This document shows positions 1 to 9,228 of a DNA stretch of 32,000 nt, one piece after another (within the stretch, counting starts at the first letter, position 1; each line of letters opens with the position of its first letter). The notes under the pieces were generated by a model. It ran no database searches, was not told the DNA's origin, and worked only from the letters and a program-made list of their open reading frames with translations. Location of the stretch: assembly GCF_049243625.1 (NCBI RefSeq), contig NZ_CP046975.1; one strand, given 5' to 3'. Made by a program: the position numbers and the translations under genes. Origin of the DNA: Corynebacterium amycolatum. Its GTDB lineage: Bacteria; Actinomycetota; Actinomycetes; Mycobacteriales; Mycobacteriaceae.

Positions 1-1022
1 TCTATGGGCTGGTCATTGTCATAGCCATTGCCGTCAGTCTGGTCGCTGCGGTGGTCTTCGGCTCGGCGGATATCACCTGGTCCACCACGATACAGGTCAT
101 CTCGCATCACATCTTCGGCACTGAGCTCGATGAATCTGTGCCCGCCAGTTCGGACACCATCATCTGGAACCTCCGCGCTCCCCGGGGAATTCTCGCAGCG
201 ATTGTAGGGGCGGGGCTAGCTGTCTCCGGTGTGGCTATGCAGACATTGGTCCGTAACCCGTTGGCAGACCCGTATCTGCTAGGTATTTCTGCCGGCGCCG
301 GCGCTGGTGCGACCGCGGTGATTATCTTTGGTGCTTTCTCCGGTAGCCCCATCGCGCCGCTGACATTCGGCGCACTCCTCGGTGCAGTCATGGCCACCCT
401 CGCAGTCGGTGCTTTCGCCACTGCAGGCGGTGGGCTGACTCCGCTGCGCTTGGTGCTCTCTGGCGTTGTGCTCTCCGCTGCGTTTTCCGCGCTGAGTAGC
501 TTCATGGTCTTCGCTGGGCCAGACCCGAGGGCCGCGCAGTCCGTGATGTTTTGGATGCTGGGCTCTGTTGCCGGTGCGACATGGCTGAAGACGCTCTTCC
601 CGCTCATTGTCCTCATCGCAGTACTGTTGTTTTTCCTGGTCAAAGCCCGTCATCTGGATGCGTTGGCAACTGGTGAGAGCACTGCAGCGGCCGTAGGTAT
701 TGACGTTTCTCGGCTACGCACACAGGTATTTGTGCTCCAGGCTGTCCTCGTTGGCACGCTTGTTGCGGTCTCGGGTGGCATCGGGTTTGTCGGCCTGGTG
801 ATTCCACACTTGACCCGCATCTTGGTAGGGGCCACACACCGCGTTGTCCTACCGGTTGCTGCACTCATGGGTGGACTGTTTCTCATCTGGGTGGACATCA
901 TCGCGCGCGTAGTGGGCGGAAGCCAGGAAATGCCGCTGGGAGTAGTCACGGGATTGGTTGGTGCACCACTTTTCCTATACCTCATGAGCCGTTCGCACTA
1001 CAGCTACGGAGGTGCCGAGTAA
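1..1022 (+). CDS. Iron-siderophore/B12-type ABC transporter permease (FecCD family), 5' end cut by the window edge
   Basis: The reading frame is open from base 3 (YGLVIVIAIAVSLVAAVVFGSADI...), so the listed start at 51 is only an internal codon. The protein is polytopic and Gly/Ala-rich. It carries FecCD-type segments (NPLADPYLLGISAGAG, GIGFVGLVIPH, PLGVVTGLVGAPLFLYL). Its stop abuts the ATPase start (TAAATG at 1020-1025). Confidence 0.85.
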   Translation, partial: YGLVIVIAIAVSLVAAVVFGSADITWSTTIQVISHHIFGTELDESVPASSDTIIWNLRAPRGILAAIVGAGLAVSGVAMQTLVRNPLADPYLLGISAGAGAGATAVIIFGAFSGSPIAPLTFGALLGAVMATLAVGAFATAGGGLTPLRLVLSGVVLSAAFSALSSFMVFAGPDPRAAQSVMFWMLGSVAGATWLKTLFPLIVLIAVLLFFLVKARHLDALATGESTAAAVGIDVSRLRTQVFVLQAVLVGTLVAVSGGIGFVGLVIPHLTRILVGATHRVVLPVAALMGGLFLIWVDIIARVVGGSQEMPLGVVTGLVGAPLFLYLMSRSHYSYGGAE

Positions 1023-1823
1023 ATGAGCGCCCCACAAAAATCTGTACTCGCCGCTAAAGATGTGCGCTGCGATATCGCTGGGCGCACCATTGTCAGCGGA
1101 GTCAACCTCAACTTCGGTGCAGAACCCATGACCGCCATCATCGGTGTTAACGGCGCGGGCAAATCCACGTTGCTGCGTGCGCTCGGTGGAATCACGAAAC
1201 CGGCCACGGGCGAGGTTGAGATTAACGGCAAATCGATGAGCTCAATCAGCTCGAAGCACCGCGCCCGCGATCTGGCTTTCGTCGCGCAGAACGAGGTTCC
1301 ACCCGCCGAAATGCGCGTGCGCGACTTTGTCTCCCTGGGGCGCTTGCCCTACCAGCGCCTTTTTGGTGGCAACACTGCCGAGGACAATTCCCACGTCGAC
1401 CGTGCGCTGGAGCTCGTGGGGTTGGAAGCGGTTGCGCAACGCCTGTGTGGGCAACTCTCGGGTGGGCAACGCCGTCGCGTGTGTCTGGCGCGTGCCATCG
1501 CCCAGGACTCGCCAATCATGCTTCTCGACGAGCCCACTAACCACCTCGACGTGCGCCATCAACAATCCGTCCTCCGTCTGGCCCGCTCCAGCGGAGCGTG
1601 TGTCATTGCCGCGATCCACGACTTGGACCTGGTGATGAACCACTTCGACCGCGTCATCGTGGTCGCGGACGGCGGTATCGCGGCCGACGGCATTCCCACA
1701 GAAGTGCTTACCCGCGACTTTGTCGCCCAAATCTTTCAGGTTGAATCCTGTCAGCTCAATTCCCCCGCTGGCCGCCGCCACCTCGCAATCGATAGCGAGC
1801 TGGATGCTGTCACCATCAACTAG
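1023..1823 (+). CDS. ABC transporter ATP-binding protein (FepC/FecE-like)
   Basis: Walker A GVNGAGKST, signature LSGGQRRRV and Walker B MLLDEPTNHLD are present. The start is directly coupled to the permease stop. Confidence 0.9.
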   Translation: MSAPQKSVLAAKDVRCDIAGRTIVSGVNLNFGAEPMTAIIGVNGAGKSTLLRALGGITKPATGEVEINGKSMSSISSKHRARDLAFVAQNEVPPAEMRVRDFVSLGRLPYQRLFGGNTAEDNSHVDRALELVGLEAVAQRLCGQLSGGQRRRVCLARAIAQDSPIMLLDEPTNHLDVRHQQSVLRLARSSGACVIAAIHDLDLVMNHFDRVIVVADGGIAADGIPTEVLTRDFVAQIFQVESCQLNSPAGRRHLAIDSELDAVTIN

Positions 1824-1833
1824 GAGTATTCCC

Positions 1834-2958
1834 ATGAATTACGGACACACTTTCCGACGTCCTCTTCGTGCCTCAGCAGCTGGTATCGCTGTGGCTGCTC
1901 TGGCATTCGGAGCCGCCGCCTGTGGCTCTGATGAGGGAACGCAGGCCTCGTCGTCAGGCCTTACTCTCACCAACTGCGGTGAAGAAGTTAGCTACCCGGG
2001 TGTGGCTAAGAAACTGCTAATCAATGACGGCAATATTGCTTCGCTGGCGCTGGCGGTGGGGGCTGCGGATGAGATCACAGCGGTGAGCTCTATGGCCTCG
2101 CATCTGCCGGTGTTGACCGCAGCTTACGGCGATGCAATCGCGCAGAAGCCGGAGGTCGCGAAGGAGTACCCGAATCTGGAGCAAGTTATTGCGGCCGAGC
2201 CGGATGTGATGCTGGCGGGATGGGGCTATGGGTTTAGCGAGGATAAGGGTATTACCCCGGAATCGCTTTCCGAGCACGGTATCGGCGCCTACACCCTGAC
2301 GGAATCTTGCCGCACTGGTGACGCAGCCTCGGCGGGCAAGGAAGGCAGTGGCGACCCGGGGCATACTCGTGGTCTGGTGGATCCGTGGGAAGCTGTCAAA
2401 ATTGATCTGAAGAACATCGCTACCCTGACTGGCCACGACGGTGAGGGCGACAAGGTTATTGCGGATATTGATAACCGTCTACATGCCCTGGATACCGCAC
2501 CGAAGGGCGACAAGAAGCCGGTGGGTTTCCTCTTTGACTCTGCTGGTGACGCCCCGTTTACTTCGGGTTCCTTTGGTGCCCCACAGGGCATCCTGGACAA
2601 GGCTGGTGCGACCAATGCGACCGAGTCGATTAAGGACACCTGGACTACGACCTCCTGGGAGCATGTCGCGGAGATGAATCCAGACTTCATCGCGATTGTG
2701 GACTATCCGGGTCAGACCTTTGAAGAGAAGATCAAGGTTCTGCGCACGAATCCGGCAACGAAGGATCTCGAGGCGGTCAAGGAGAATCGCTTTATTAACC
2801 TACCGATTGCATTGTGGACGGAGTCTCCGCTGAACGTCGATGCCGCAGAGTACGTGCGCAAGACGCTCGAGGAATATGGTCTTCTGCCGACATCGGAGGT
2901 GACGACGAAGATGGAGCTACCGTCCGAGCTACCAGGGCAGGAGTACCTGCAGAAGTAG
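1834..2958 (+). CDS. ABC transporter substrate-binding lipoprotein (periplasmic binding protein type 2, siderophore/B12-like)
   Basis: I chose ATG 1834, not the ORF-track start at 1720. An AGGAG sits at 1823-1827, and the N-terminus [32 protein letters not shown] has a lipobox (AAAC). Family-like segments are [23 protein letters not shown] and [11 protein letters not shown]. Confidence 0.8.
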   Translation: MNYGHTFRRPLRASAAGIAVAALAFGAAACGSDEGTQASSSGLTLTNCGEEVSYPGVAKKLLINDGNIASLALAVGAADEITAVSSMASHLPVLTAAYGDAIAQKPEVAKEYPNLEQVIAAEPDVMLAGWGYGFSEDKGITPESLSEHGIGAYTLTESCRTGDAASAGKEGSGDPGHTRGLVDPWEAVKIDLKNIATLTGHDGEGDKVIADIDNRLHALDTAPKGDKKPVGFLFDSAGDAPFTSGSFGAPQGILDKAGATNATESIKDTWTTTSWEHVAEMNPDFIAIVDYPGQTFEEKIKVLRTNPATKDLEAVKENRFINLPIALWTESPLNVDAAEYVRKTLEEYGLLPTSEVTTKMELPSELPGQEYLQK

Positions 2959-3011
2959 TTTCGACCAAGGCCGTCAAGCACGAACTGACTAACGCGACTA
3001 AGGTGGGCATC

Positions 3012-4043
3012 ATGCGAATTGCGACCCTTACCTCCGGTGGAGATTGTCCCGGTCTGAATGCCGTTATCCGTGCAATTGTCCGTACCAGCTCGAGCGAGTA
3101 CGGCTCAACCGTCGTCGGTTTTGAGGACGGTTGGATTGGTCTTATGGAAGACCGTAGGGTCCAGCTTTACGACGATGAGCGGATTGACCGCATGCTGCTG
3201 CGTGGCGGCACGATGCTGGGCACCGGCCGCGTGCATCCGGACATTCTCATGTCTAACCTCGACCGCATCAAGGAAAATCTCTCTGATGCGGGCATCGATG
3301 CCCTGATCCCAATCGGTGGCGAAGGTACGCTGAAGGCCGGCAAGTGGCTTTCGGACAATGGGGTGCCGGTTGTCGGTGTTCCGAAGACTATTGATAATGA
3401 CGTCAACGGTACGGACTACACCTTCGGTTTCGACACGGCTGTGGCTGTTGCCACCGACGCGGTTGACCGTCTGCACACCACTGCGGAATCCCACCAGCGC
3501 GTCATGATTGTTGAGGTCATGGGTCGACACGTGGGCTGGATTGCTTTGCATGCGGGTATGGCCGGCGGTGCTCACCACATTGTCATTCCGGAAAAGCCAT
3601 TCGACATCAACGAGATTGTGAAGTCGATGGAGCGCCGTTTCCAGATGGGTGAGAAGTACGGCATTATCGTCGTCGCTGAGGGCGCCACCCCGAAGCCGGG
3701 CACCATGGAGTACGAAGAGGGCGGTGTTGACCAGTTTGGTCACCAGACCTTCAACGGTATTGGTCAGGTCATTGGCGCGGAGATTAAGAAGCGCACCGGG
3801 TACGACGTTCGCACCACGGTTCTGGGCCACATTCAGCGTGGCGGTACGCCGACTGCGTACGACCGCGTGCTAGCTACCCGCTACGGTGTCCATGCCACCC
3901 GAGCAGTACACGAGGGGGACTTCGGCAAGATTGTCGCTCTGCACGGTGAGAACATCGAGCGTATCGACATCGACGATGCGGTTGCTGAGTTGAAGGTTGT
4001 GCCGGATGGCCGTTACCGTGCCGCTGCTGCGCTGTTTGGTTAA
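3012..4043 (+). CDS. pfkA: ATP-dependent 6-phosphofructokinase
   Basis: The start is ATG 3012 ([21 protein letters not shown]), preceded by AAGGTGG. PFK motifs are [22 protein letters not shown] and [12 protein letters not shown]. The length is about 343 aa, as in C. glutamicum PfkA. The upstream part of the 2814 ORF overlaps the preceding gene and is rejected. Confidence 0.95.
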   Translation: MRIATLTSGGDCPGLNAVIRAIVRTSSSEYGSTVVGFEDGWIGLMEDRRVQLYDDERIDRMLLRGGTMLGTGRVHPDILMSNLDRIKENLSDAGIDALIPIGGEGTLKAGKWLSDNGVPVVGVPKTIDNDVNGTDYTFGFDTAVAVATDAVDRLHTTAESHQRVMIVEVMGRHVGWIALHAGMAGGAHHIVIPEKPFDINEIVKSMERRFQMGEKYGIIVVAEGATPKPGTMEYEEGGVDQFGHQTFNGIGQVIGAEIKKRTGYDVRTTVLGHIQRGGTPTAYDRVLATRYGVHATRAVHEGDFGKIVALHGENIERIDIDDAVAELKVVPDGRYRAAAALFG

Positions 4044-4087
4044 GCACGCGTTGCTAAACATTTAGGCACATCTTCGTAACAAAATAG

Positions 4088-4140
4088 GCATACTGCCCGA
4101 GCTGGTGTATCAATCACCAGCTCGGGCAGTATGCTTTGTA
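4088..4140 (+). terminator. Rho-independent terminator after pfkA
   Basis: A perfect 20-bp stem pairs GCATACTGCCCGAGCTGGTG (4088-4107) with CACCAGCTCGGGCAGTATGC (4115-4134). The loop is 7 nt and the stem is followed by TTTGT. Confidence 0.8.
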
Positions 4141-4186
4141 AGGTTCCGGTTTTGAAAAATAGACTTATATTTAGGATTTTTTCGTT

Positions 4187-5650
4187 ATGTGGAAAAGAGC
4201 CACAACAATCGCGATGGCCTTTGTCGGCCTAACTGTCGGTGCCGGATTCGCATCCGGCCAGGAAATGATGCAGTACTTCGTGGCATTTGGCACTAACGGC
4301 TTGTGGGGCGTTGTACTCGCTTCCGTCGTGATGATTGCCAGTGGTTTGGCGGTACTGTCAATTGCCAGTTACTTGCAGGCTGATGAGCACTCCGAGGTCT
4401 TCGACGTAATCACCCGCAATTGGGTTTCGAAGATTCTGGACATCGCCGTGATGATCACGCTGTTCTGTACCGGCTTCGTCATGTTCGCCGGTGCCGGTGC
4501 GAACCTGAATCAGCAATTCGGACTTGAGGTGTGGATCGGCGCCGTCATCATGGTTGCCCTGACTTTGGGTGTCGGCATGCTGGATGCGGACAAGGTCAGC
4601 CGAGTGATCGGCATGATCACTCCATTCATTATCGTGTTCCTGCTGGGAGCCGGTATCTACACTTTGTTCACCACCGATACTTCGATGTCGGAGGCCGCGC
4701 AGTACACCACTGAACTGTCGACCTCGCTGCCGCACTGGTCTGTTTCTGCCCTGAACTATGTTGGTTTCTGCGTGATGGTGGCCGTATCGATGTCCATCGT
4801 CATTGGCGGTAGCTACCTGAACCCGCGTGAAGCTGGCATCGGTGGTCTCATGGGCGGCACCATTTACGCAGGTCTGCTGACGTTGGTGACCTTTGCCCTC
4901 TTCTTCAAGGTCGAGTCCGTTGGCCATGAGGATATGCCGACTCTGGCAATTGTCAATGAAATTCATCCGGTTCTGGGTACGGTGATGGCGATCATCATCT
5001 ACGCCATGATTTTCAATACCGCCATCGGTATGTTCTACGCGTTGGGTCGCCGCTTGACACGCAATACTCCGCAGCGTTTCCGACTGGTATTCATCGTGAC
5101 GGTGCTGATTGGTTTTGGATTGAGCTTCTTCGGTTTCAAGGCCCTGGTTGGCTCCATCTACCCGGCCCTTGGCTACGTCGGTATCGCTCTTATCGTGATT
5201 CTGTGTGGTGCGTACCTGGCTGGACGTAACAAGCTGATGGAGGAGTCGAAGCGTCGCGGCCGTATCCGTAAGCTCGCACGCCGGAAGATGCATCCGAACA
5301 AGAAGTTCACCACCGCCGATCAGAAGAAGCTCGACCGCGCTTTGGCCAACTCCAACATTTCCAACGTCGATCTTCAGGAGAGCGTCCGCGACGACATCGT
5401 CGAGGAACTGGTTAGCGACGATAATGTTGAATTCACCGAGGATGACGCCGAGCGCATCGTAGAAAAGGATAATGAGCGCCTGGAGAAACTTTCCGAAATC
5501 GAGGAAGCCTCCGATGAGGACAATCCTCGCGAGACCGCGAGGGACTCCTTCCCAGGCGAGGTCACGGCTACTGCGCCGAAGAAGCTTGCCGGACAGACTA
5601 AGAACGCATTGAAGCGTGTGGCTCACCCTAAGCCGAAGAAAGAAAAGTAA
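4187..5650 (+). CDS. YkvI-family (COG3949-like) polytopic membrane protein with a C-terminal charged extension of about 140 aa
   Basis: The N-terminus FVGLTVGAGFASGQEMMQYFVAFG is the signature I associate with YkvI-type membrane proteins. Roughly 10-11 hydrophobic segments run to about aa 345, followed by a K/R/E/D-rich tail. No SD is visible before ATG 4187, and the upstream region is AT-rich. Confidence 0.7.
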   Translation: MWKRATTIAMAFVGLTVGAGFASGQEMMQYFVAFGTNGLWGVVLASVVMIASGLAVLSIASYLQADEHSEVFDVITRNWVSKILDIAVMITLFCTGFVMFAGAGANLNQQFGLEVWIGAVIMVALTLGVGMLDADKVSRVIGMITPFIIVFLLGAGIYTLFTTDTSMSEAAQYTTELSTSLPHWSVSALNYVGFCVMVAVSMSIVIGGSYLNPREAGIGGLMGGTIYAGLLTLVTFALFFKVESVGHEDMPTLAIVNEIHPVLGTVMAIIIYAMIFNTAIGMFYALGRRLTRNTPQRFRLVFIVTVLIGFGLSFFGFKALVGSIYPALGYVGIALIVILCGAYLAGRNKLMEESKRRGRIRKLARRKMHPNKKFTTADQKKLDRALANSNISNVDLQESVRDDIVEELVSDDNVEFTEDDAERIVEKDNERLEKLSEIEEASDEDNPRETARDSFPGEVTATAPKKLAGQTKNALKRVAHPKPKKEK

Positions 5651-5660
5651 CTAGCGCGAC

Positions 5661-5694
5661 TAGGCGGCTCGAAAATTTAGGTGGCTCGAAAATA
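5661..5694. repeat. Two-copy 17-bp tandem direct repeat
   Basis: TAGGCGGCTCGAAAATT (5661-5677) is followed by TAGGTGGCTCGAAAATA (5678-5694), with 15 of 17 positions identical. The repeat spans the gap between two convergent genes and covers the stop codon and last codons of the methyltransferase gene. Confidence 0.8.
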
Positions 5695-6510
5695 GAAGGC
5701 ATCGCACCGGTAGGGAAGGGCGATGCCTTCTTCGTATGTGTGCCCCAAGTGTTCGTGGAGATACCAATGTAAGTTCGTCTCCACCTTGGCGCGTGTGGCA
5801 GGCTTGGAACGAAGCCAATAGGAACGGGTTCGTGCCAGCAGCACGATGTCCTCGATGGTCAGTGTCTGCTCCCAGGCCAGGCGTACCTCATCGACTAGCT
5901 CCAACTCCGGGCCAACCTCGGGGTAGAAGCCGGGACGCAACACGTCGCCGGCGTGCATGATACGGCTGAGCCGATGCACCCACGGTACGGAAACATCCAA
6001 GGTGTTCCACACCAACATAGCCACGCCATCCGCGCGTAGCACCCGAGTGAGTTCTTTACTTGCAGCTGTCGGGTCCACCCAGTGCCATGTCTGCGCACAT
6101 GTTGCTACATCGACGCTGTTGGACTCCAGTCCCGTGTGCTCCGCAGTGCCGTTCAGGCATTCCGCCGCTGGCACATTGTGCATCAGTGCTTGCCGCATCG
6201 CGGTGGAGGGATCGAGTGCCAGCAGGGTGGCGTCGCGGTAGACGTCGGCAAGCGAGGCGGTGAGTTTTCCGGTGCCGGCGCCGATATCGGCGACTACCTG
6301 TGGGCGCGGTGCAAGGCGGGTAAGCGCTTCACTGACGGTTGGAGGATATCCGGGGCGTACGCGGTGGTAGCCAGTGGCGCCGTCAGCGCTTTCTTGTAGG
6401 TCGTCGTCGAAAGTAGCGCCTGCGCGGTGGCGGTCAGCGGCGTCACGGAACGTTGGCGTTTCGCGTGCTGACGTCGGTGGAATCGGTGGGTGTTCGTTAA
6501 CTCCGGGCAC
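5677..6510 (-). CDS. Class I SAM-dependent methyltransferase
   Basis: Motif I is VADIGAGTGKLT. Downstream is an LLALDPS acidic-loop-like segment, and the protein has a typical Methyltransf_11-like size. The ORF-track start is GTG at 6510; the true start is uncertain. Confidence 0.75.
   Translation of the reverse strand: MPGVNEHPPIPPTSARETPTFRDAADRHRAGATFDDDLQESADGATGYHRVRPGYPPTVSEALTRLAPRPQVVADIGAGTGKLTASLADVYRDATLLALDPSTAMRQALMHNVPAAECLNGTAEHTGLESNSVDVATCAQTWHWVDPTAASKELTRVLRADGVAMLVWNTLDVSVPWVHRLSRIMHAGDVLRPGFYPEVGPELELVDEVRLAWEQTLTIEDIVLLARTRSYWLRSKPATRAKVETNLHWYLHEHLGHTYEEGIALPYRCDAFYFRAT
5695..5733 (+). terminator. Hairpin (probable terminator for the convergent gene pair) lying inside the 3' coding end of the minus-strand methyltransferase
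   Basis: A perfect 11-bp inverted repeat pairs GAAGGCATCGC (5695-5705) with GCGATGCCTTC (5720-5730). The loop is 14 nt and TTC follows on the plus strand. The same bases encode ...EGIALPYRCDAF... on the minus strand. Confidence 0.45.
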
Positions 6511-6563
6511 GACTTATACCCTAGGGCACGCCTGCGGGGCCATCGCTAGTAGACTCTACAAAC

Positions 6564-8072
6564 ATGACCGCTGCATACGCTGATGACTTGATGGACTTTG
6601 ATGAGGTCCTCGAACGTTTTGACCCGGTAATGGGCATGGAGGTTCACGTCGAGCTCTCGACGAATACCAAGATGTTCTCGTCCTCCTCGGCGCACTTTGG
6701 TGCCGAGCCGAATAGCAACGTCGATCCCTGCAGCCTCGGCCTGCCGGGCGCGCTGCCTGTGGTTAACCGTCAGGGCGTTGAGTGGGCCATCAAGATTGGC
6801 CTGGCGTTGAACTGCGAGATTGCTGAGTCCTCTCGCTTTGCGCGCAAGAACTACTTCTACCCGGATCAGCCGAAGAACTACCAGATTTCGCAGTACGACG
6901 AGCCAATCGCCTACGACGGATATCTTGACGTTCAGCTTGACGACGGCACGGAGTTCCGTGTCGAAATTGAGCGCGCTCACATGGAAGAGGACACCGGCAA
7001 GCTGACGCACTTGGGCGGTGCCGATGGTCGTATTCACGGTGCTACGCGTTCGCTGGTGGACTGCAACCGTGCAGGTGTTCCGCTGATTGAGATTGTCACT
7101 AAGCCGATTCTCGGTGCGGGGGAGCGTGCCCCAGAGGTTGCTCGTGCGTACGTTTCTGCGCTGCGTGACCTGGTGAAGTCCCTCGGTGTCTCCGATGCCC
7201 GCATGGACCAGGGCTCGATGCGTGTGGACTCCAACGTTTCCCTGCGCCCAATCGGCCAGGAGGAGTTCGGCACTCGTACCGAGACTAAGAACATCAACTC
7301 CCTAAAGTCGGTTGAACAGGCTGTTCGCTACGAGATGCAGCGCCAGGCTGCTGCGATTACTAATGGCGAGGAGATTGTTCAGGAAACTCGCCACTACCAG
7401 GAGACCGACGGCACGACCTCCAAGGGCCGCCCGAAGGAATCGCAGTCGGATTACCGCTACTTCAACGACCCGGATCTGCCACCGGTGATTGCTCCGCGTG
7501 AGTGGGTGGAGGAAATCCGCGCAACTCTGCCGGAGCTGCCGTGGGTGCGTCGTGCCCGTATTCAGGAAGAGTGGGGTCTAAAGGACGAGGAAATGCGCGA
7601 CCTGGTTAACGCCGGCGCTCTCGACCTGATTGTCGACACCGTTGAGGCTGGTGCCGGCCCGGCTGAGGCTCGTTCCTGGTGGGTCGCTTACCTGGCGCAG
7701 AAGGCCAACGAGGCAGGCGTGGAGCTGGCTGAGCTCGCGATTACCCCGGCACAGGTTGCACGTGTGATTGCACTGATTGAAGAGGGCAAGCTGACCAACA
7801 AGCTGGCCCGTAAGGCCGTCGACGGCGTGCTCGCAGGCGAGGGCGATGTTGATGAGGTCGTTGCTGCCCGTGGCCTGGAGGTCGTTCGCGACGACGGTGC
7901 TATTGAGAAGGCCGTCGACGATGCACTGGCTGCTAACCCGGACATCGTCGAGAAGTACCGAGCTGGCAACAAGAAGGTCGTCGGTGCCATCGTGGGGCAG
8001 GTCATGAAGGCCACCCGCGGCAAGGCAGACCCGGCTCAGGTCAACCAGCTGATTGCGAAGAAGCTGAGCTAG
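6564..8072 (+). CDS. gatB: Asp-tRNA(Asn)/Glu-tRNA(Gln) amidotransferase subunit B
   Basis: The GatB N-terminal block is [20 protein letters not shown]...[11 protein letters not shown]...[17 protein letters not shown]. The C-terminal YqeY-like tail is [23 protein letters not shown]. The protein is 502 aa. Confidence 0.95.
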   Translation: MTAAYADDLMDFDEVLERFDPVMGMEVHVELSTNTKMFSSSSAHFGAEPNSNVDPCSLGLPGALPVVNRQGVEWAIKIGLALNCEIAESSRFARKNYFYPDQPKNYQISQYDEPIAYDGYLDVQLDDGTEFRVEIERAHMEEDTGKLTHLGGADGRIHGATRSLVDCNRAGVPLIEIVTKPILGAGERAPEVARAYVSALRDLVKSLGVSDARMDQGSMRVDSNVSLRPIGQEEFGTRTETKNINSLKSVEQAVRYEMQRQAAAITNGEEIVQETRHYQETDGTTSKGRPKESQSDYRYFNDPDLPPVIAPREWVEEIRATLPELPWVRRARIQEEWGLKDEEMRDLVNAGALDLIVDTVEAGAGPAEARSWWVAYLAQKANEAGVELAELAITPAQVARVIALIEEGKLTNKLARKAVDGVLAGEGDVDEVVAARGLEVVRDDGAIEKAVDDALAANPDIVEKYRAGNKKVVGAIVGQVMKATRGKADPAQVNQLIAKKLS

Positions 8073-8084
8073 CCTCCCTGAAAG

Positions 8085-9173
8085 CTAATCCGGGGAACCG
8101 CCGGCGGCACCATCGCTCGGCAGTCTGACGACGCGTTCGTCGGACTCCGACGGTTGTGCCCCGGCGGTTTTGTTGGTCGTGGCACCCCAAACTTCAATAC
8201 CCTGATTCGCTGCGACAGCCGCTACATGCGAGATGTGGCCGAAGTCGCCGTCGACAAGCACTTCAGGGGAACCCTTGACCTCCCACGCCGCGTCGGGCCC
8301 ACTTGACTTCGGACCCACCGGCATGGAGATGACCTTCTGCGCGTCTGGGATGGCAATGACCACGCGGTCACCCATCACTGCGCATCCACCGATGGAATCG
8401 TTCAGGTCCACACCGCCGAGGGGGTTAATCACAGGGCCGGTGAGCTGAACCAGTTGTGGGGTGCCGTCGAGAATGGCGGTTGCCAACGGCGGCATTCCGT
8501 CCGGACCATGGCAGAACTGCTGAAACTCAATGCCTGGATCTCCCACGAGCAATTTGCGCGGGGACAGGGTGTCCGAAGTTCGGTCAAAATAGATTCCGAG
8601 AATGCCGGGCTCGCTGAGGTCCGGAAGTTCGCGCACATCAGCGGTGCTGCCCTCCACGAGGGTGACGCGCGCAATGGTGTCGTCGTTACGCAAAACAAAG
8701 ACCTGACGGTCCTCTTCAACCGAGGGACTGGGCAGCAGTTGTTTTGCAGGGGCGCCGAGCCGTGCGACCTCACGCGGTGTCTTACCCGGTGCGACAGCGG
8801 TGAGTGCACCGTCGTCGGTGGCGACGAGAGCTTCCCCAGGGCCGGTTGAGGCTAGCGCGGTGGTAAGCGGTAGGCAGGCGGCGAGAGTGACATCATCGAG
8901 GTCGCAGGGACCTTTGTCTTTGGCTTTGCTTTCCGTGGTCGGGACCGGGGTAGAGGGCAAATCAGGGGAGGAAAACTTCGGCATGGCAATGCCTGTCGGT
9001 TCTGACTTGTCTTCAGTAAACGGCAACTCAAGCGCGCTCGAGGCACTCATGCAGCCGGAAAGAGAGACCATCCCGACGACACCAGCGGCGAGCGCAGCAC
9101 GACGACGCCGCCCGCGAGCGCGAGCCTGTGCACTGCTGGTGTGGACGAGGTGGAATCCCATAGGCATACACAA
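8085..9173 (-). CDS. Conserved lipoprotein, LppZ-like (possible beta-propeller)
   Basis: The signal peptide is Arg-rich with a lipobox (RRRRAALAAGVVGMVSLSGC). The C-terminal VWGATTNKTAG and GGCAVMG segments resemble what I recall of M. tuberculosis LppZ (Rv3006). Its position next to a DoxX gene matches Rv3005c/Rv3006. The listed start is TTG at 9173; ATG at 9167 or 9161 are alternatives. Confidence 0.5.
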   Translation of the reverse strand: MCMPMGFHLVHTSSAQARARGRRRRAALAAGVVGMVSLSGCMSASSALELPFTEDKSEPTGIAMPKFSSPDLPSTPVPTTESKAKDKGPCDLDDVTLAACLPLTTALASTGPGEALVATDDGALTAVAPGKTPREVARLGAPAKQLLPSPSVEEDRQVFVLRNDDTIARVTLVEGSTADVRELPDLSEPGILGIYFDRTSDTLSPRKLLVGDPGIEFQQFCHGPDGMPPLATAILDGTPQLVQLTGPVINPLGGVDLNDSIGGCAVMGDRVVIAIPDAQKVISMPVGPKSSGPDAAWEVKGSPEVLVDGDFGHISHVAAVAANQGIEVWGATTNKTAGAQPSESDERVVRLPSDGAAGGSPD

Positions 9174-9228
9174 TACAGCCTCGTTTCACGGCCACGCCTG
9201 CGACCAAAAGTGAGGCAGTAGTTTTAAT

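Noticed and set aside
1720-1833. N-terminal extensions in the ORF track: 1720 (binding protein), 2814 (pfkA), 19956 (lipoprotein), 21899 (serA), 26646 (CoA-transferase 2), 29905 (leuB), 10675 (hydrolase) and 51 (permease).
   Set aside because: The extensions overlap upstream genes or lack an SD. Internal starts have proper SD spacing, give signal peptides or lipoboxes, or match the N-termini of known homologs. The permease ORF is open to the window edge, so 51 is not a start.
5661-5695. TTAGGT-containing sequence considered as a DtxR/IdeR iron box, given the nearby iron ABC transporter. TTTAGGCACATCTTCGTAA near 4058-4076 was considered for the same reason.
   Set aside because: Neither is palindromic, and neither matches the TWAGGTWAGSCTWACCTWA consensus beyond the first 5-6 bases. 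Neither is positioned upstream of the iron transporter genes, whose promoter lies outside the window.
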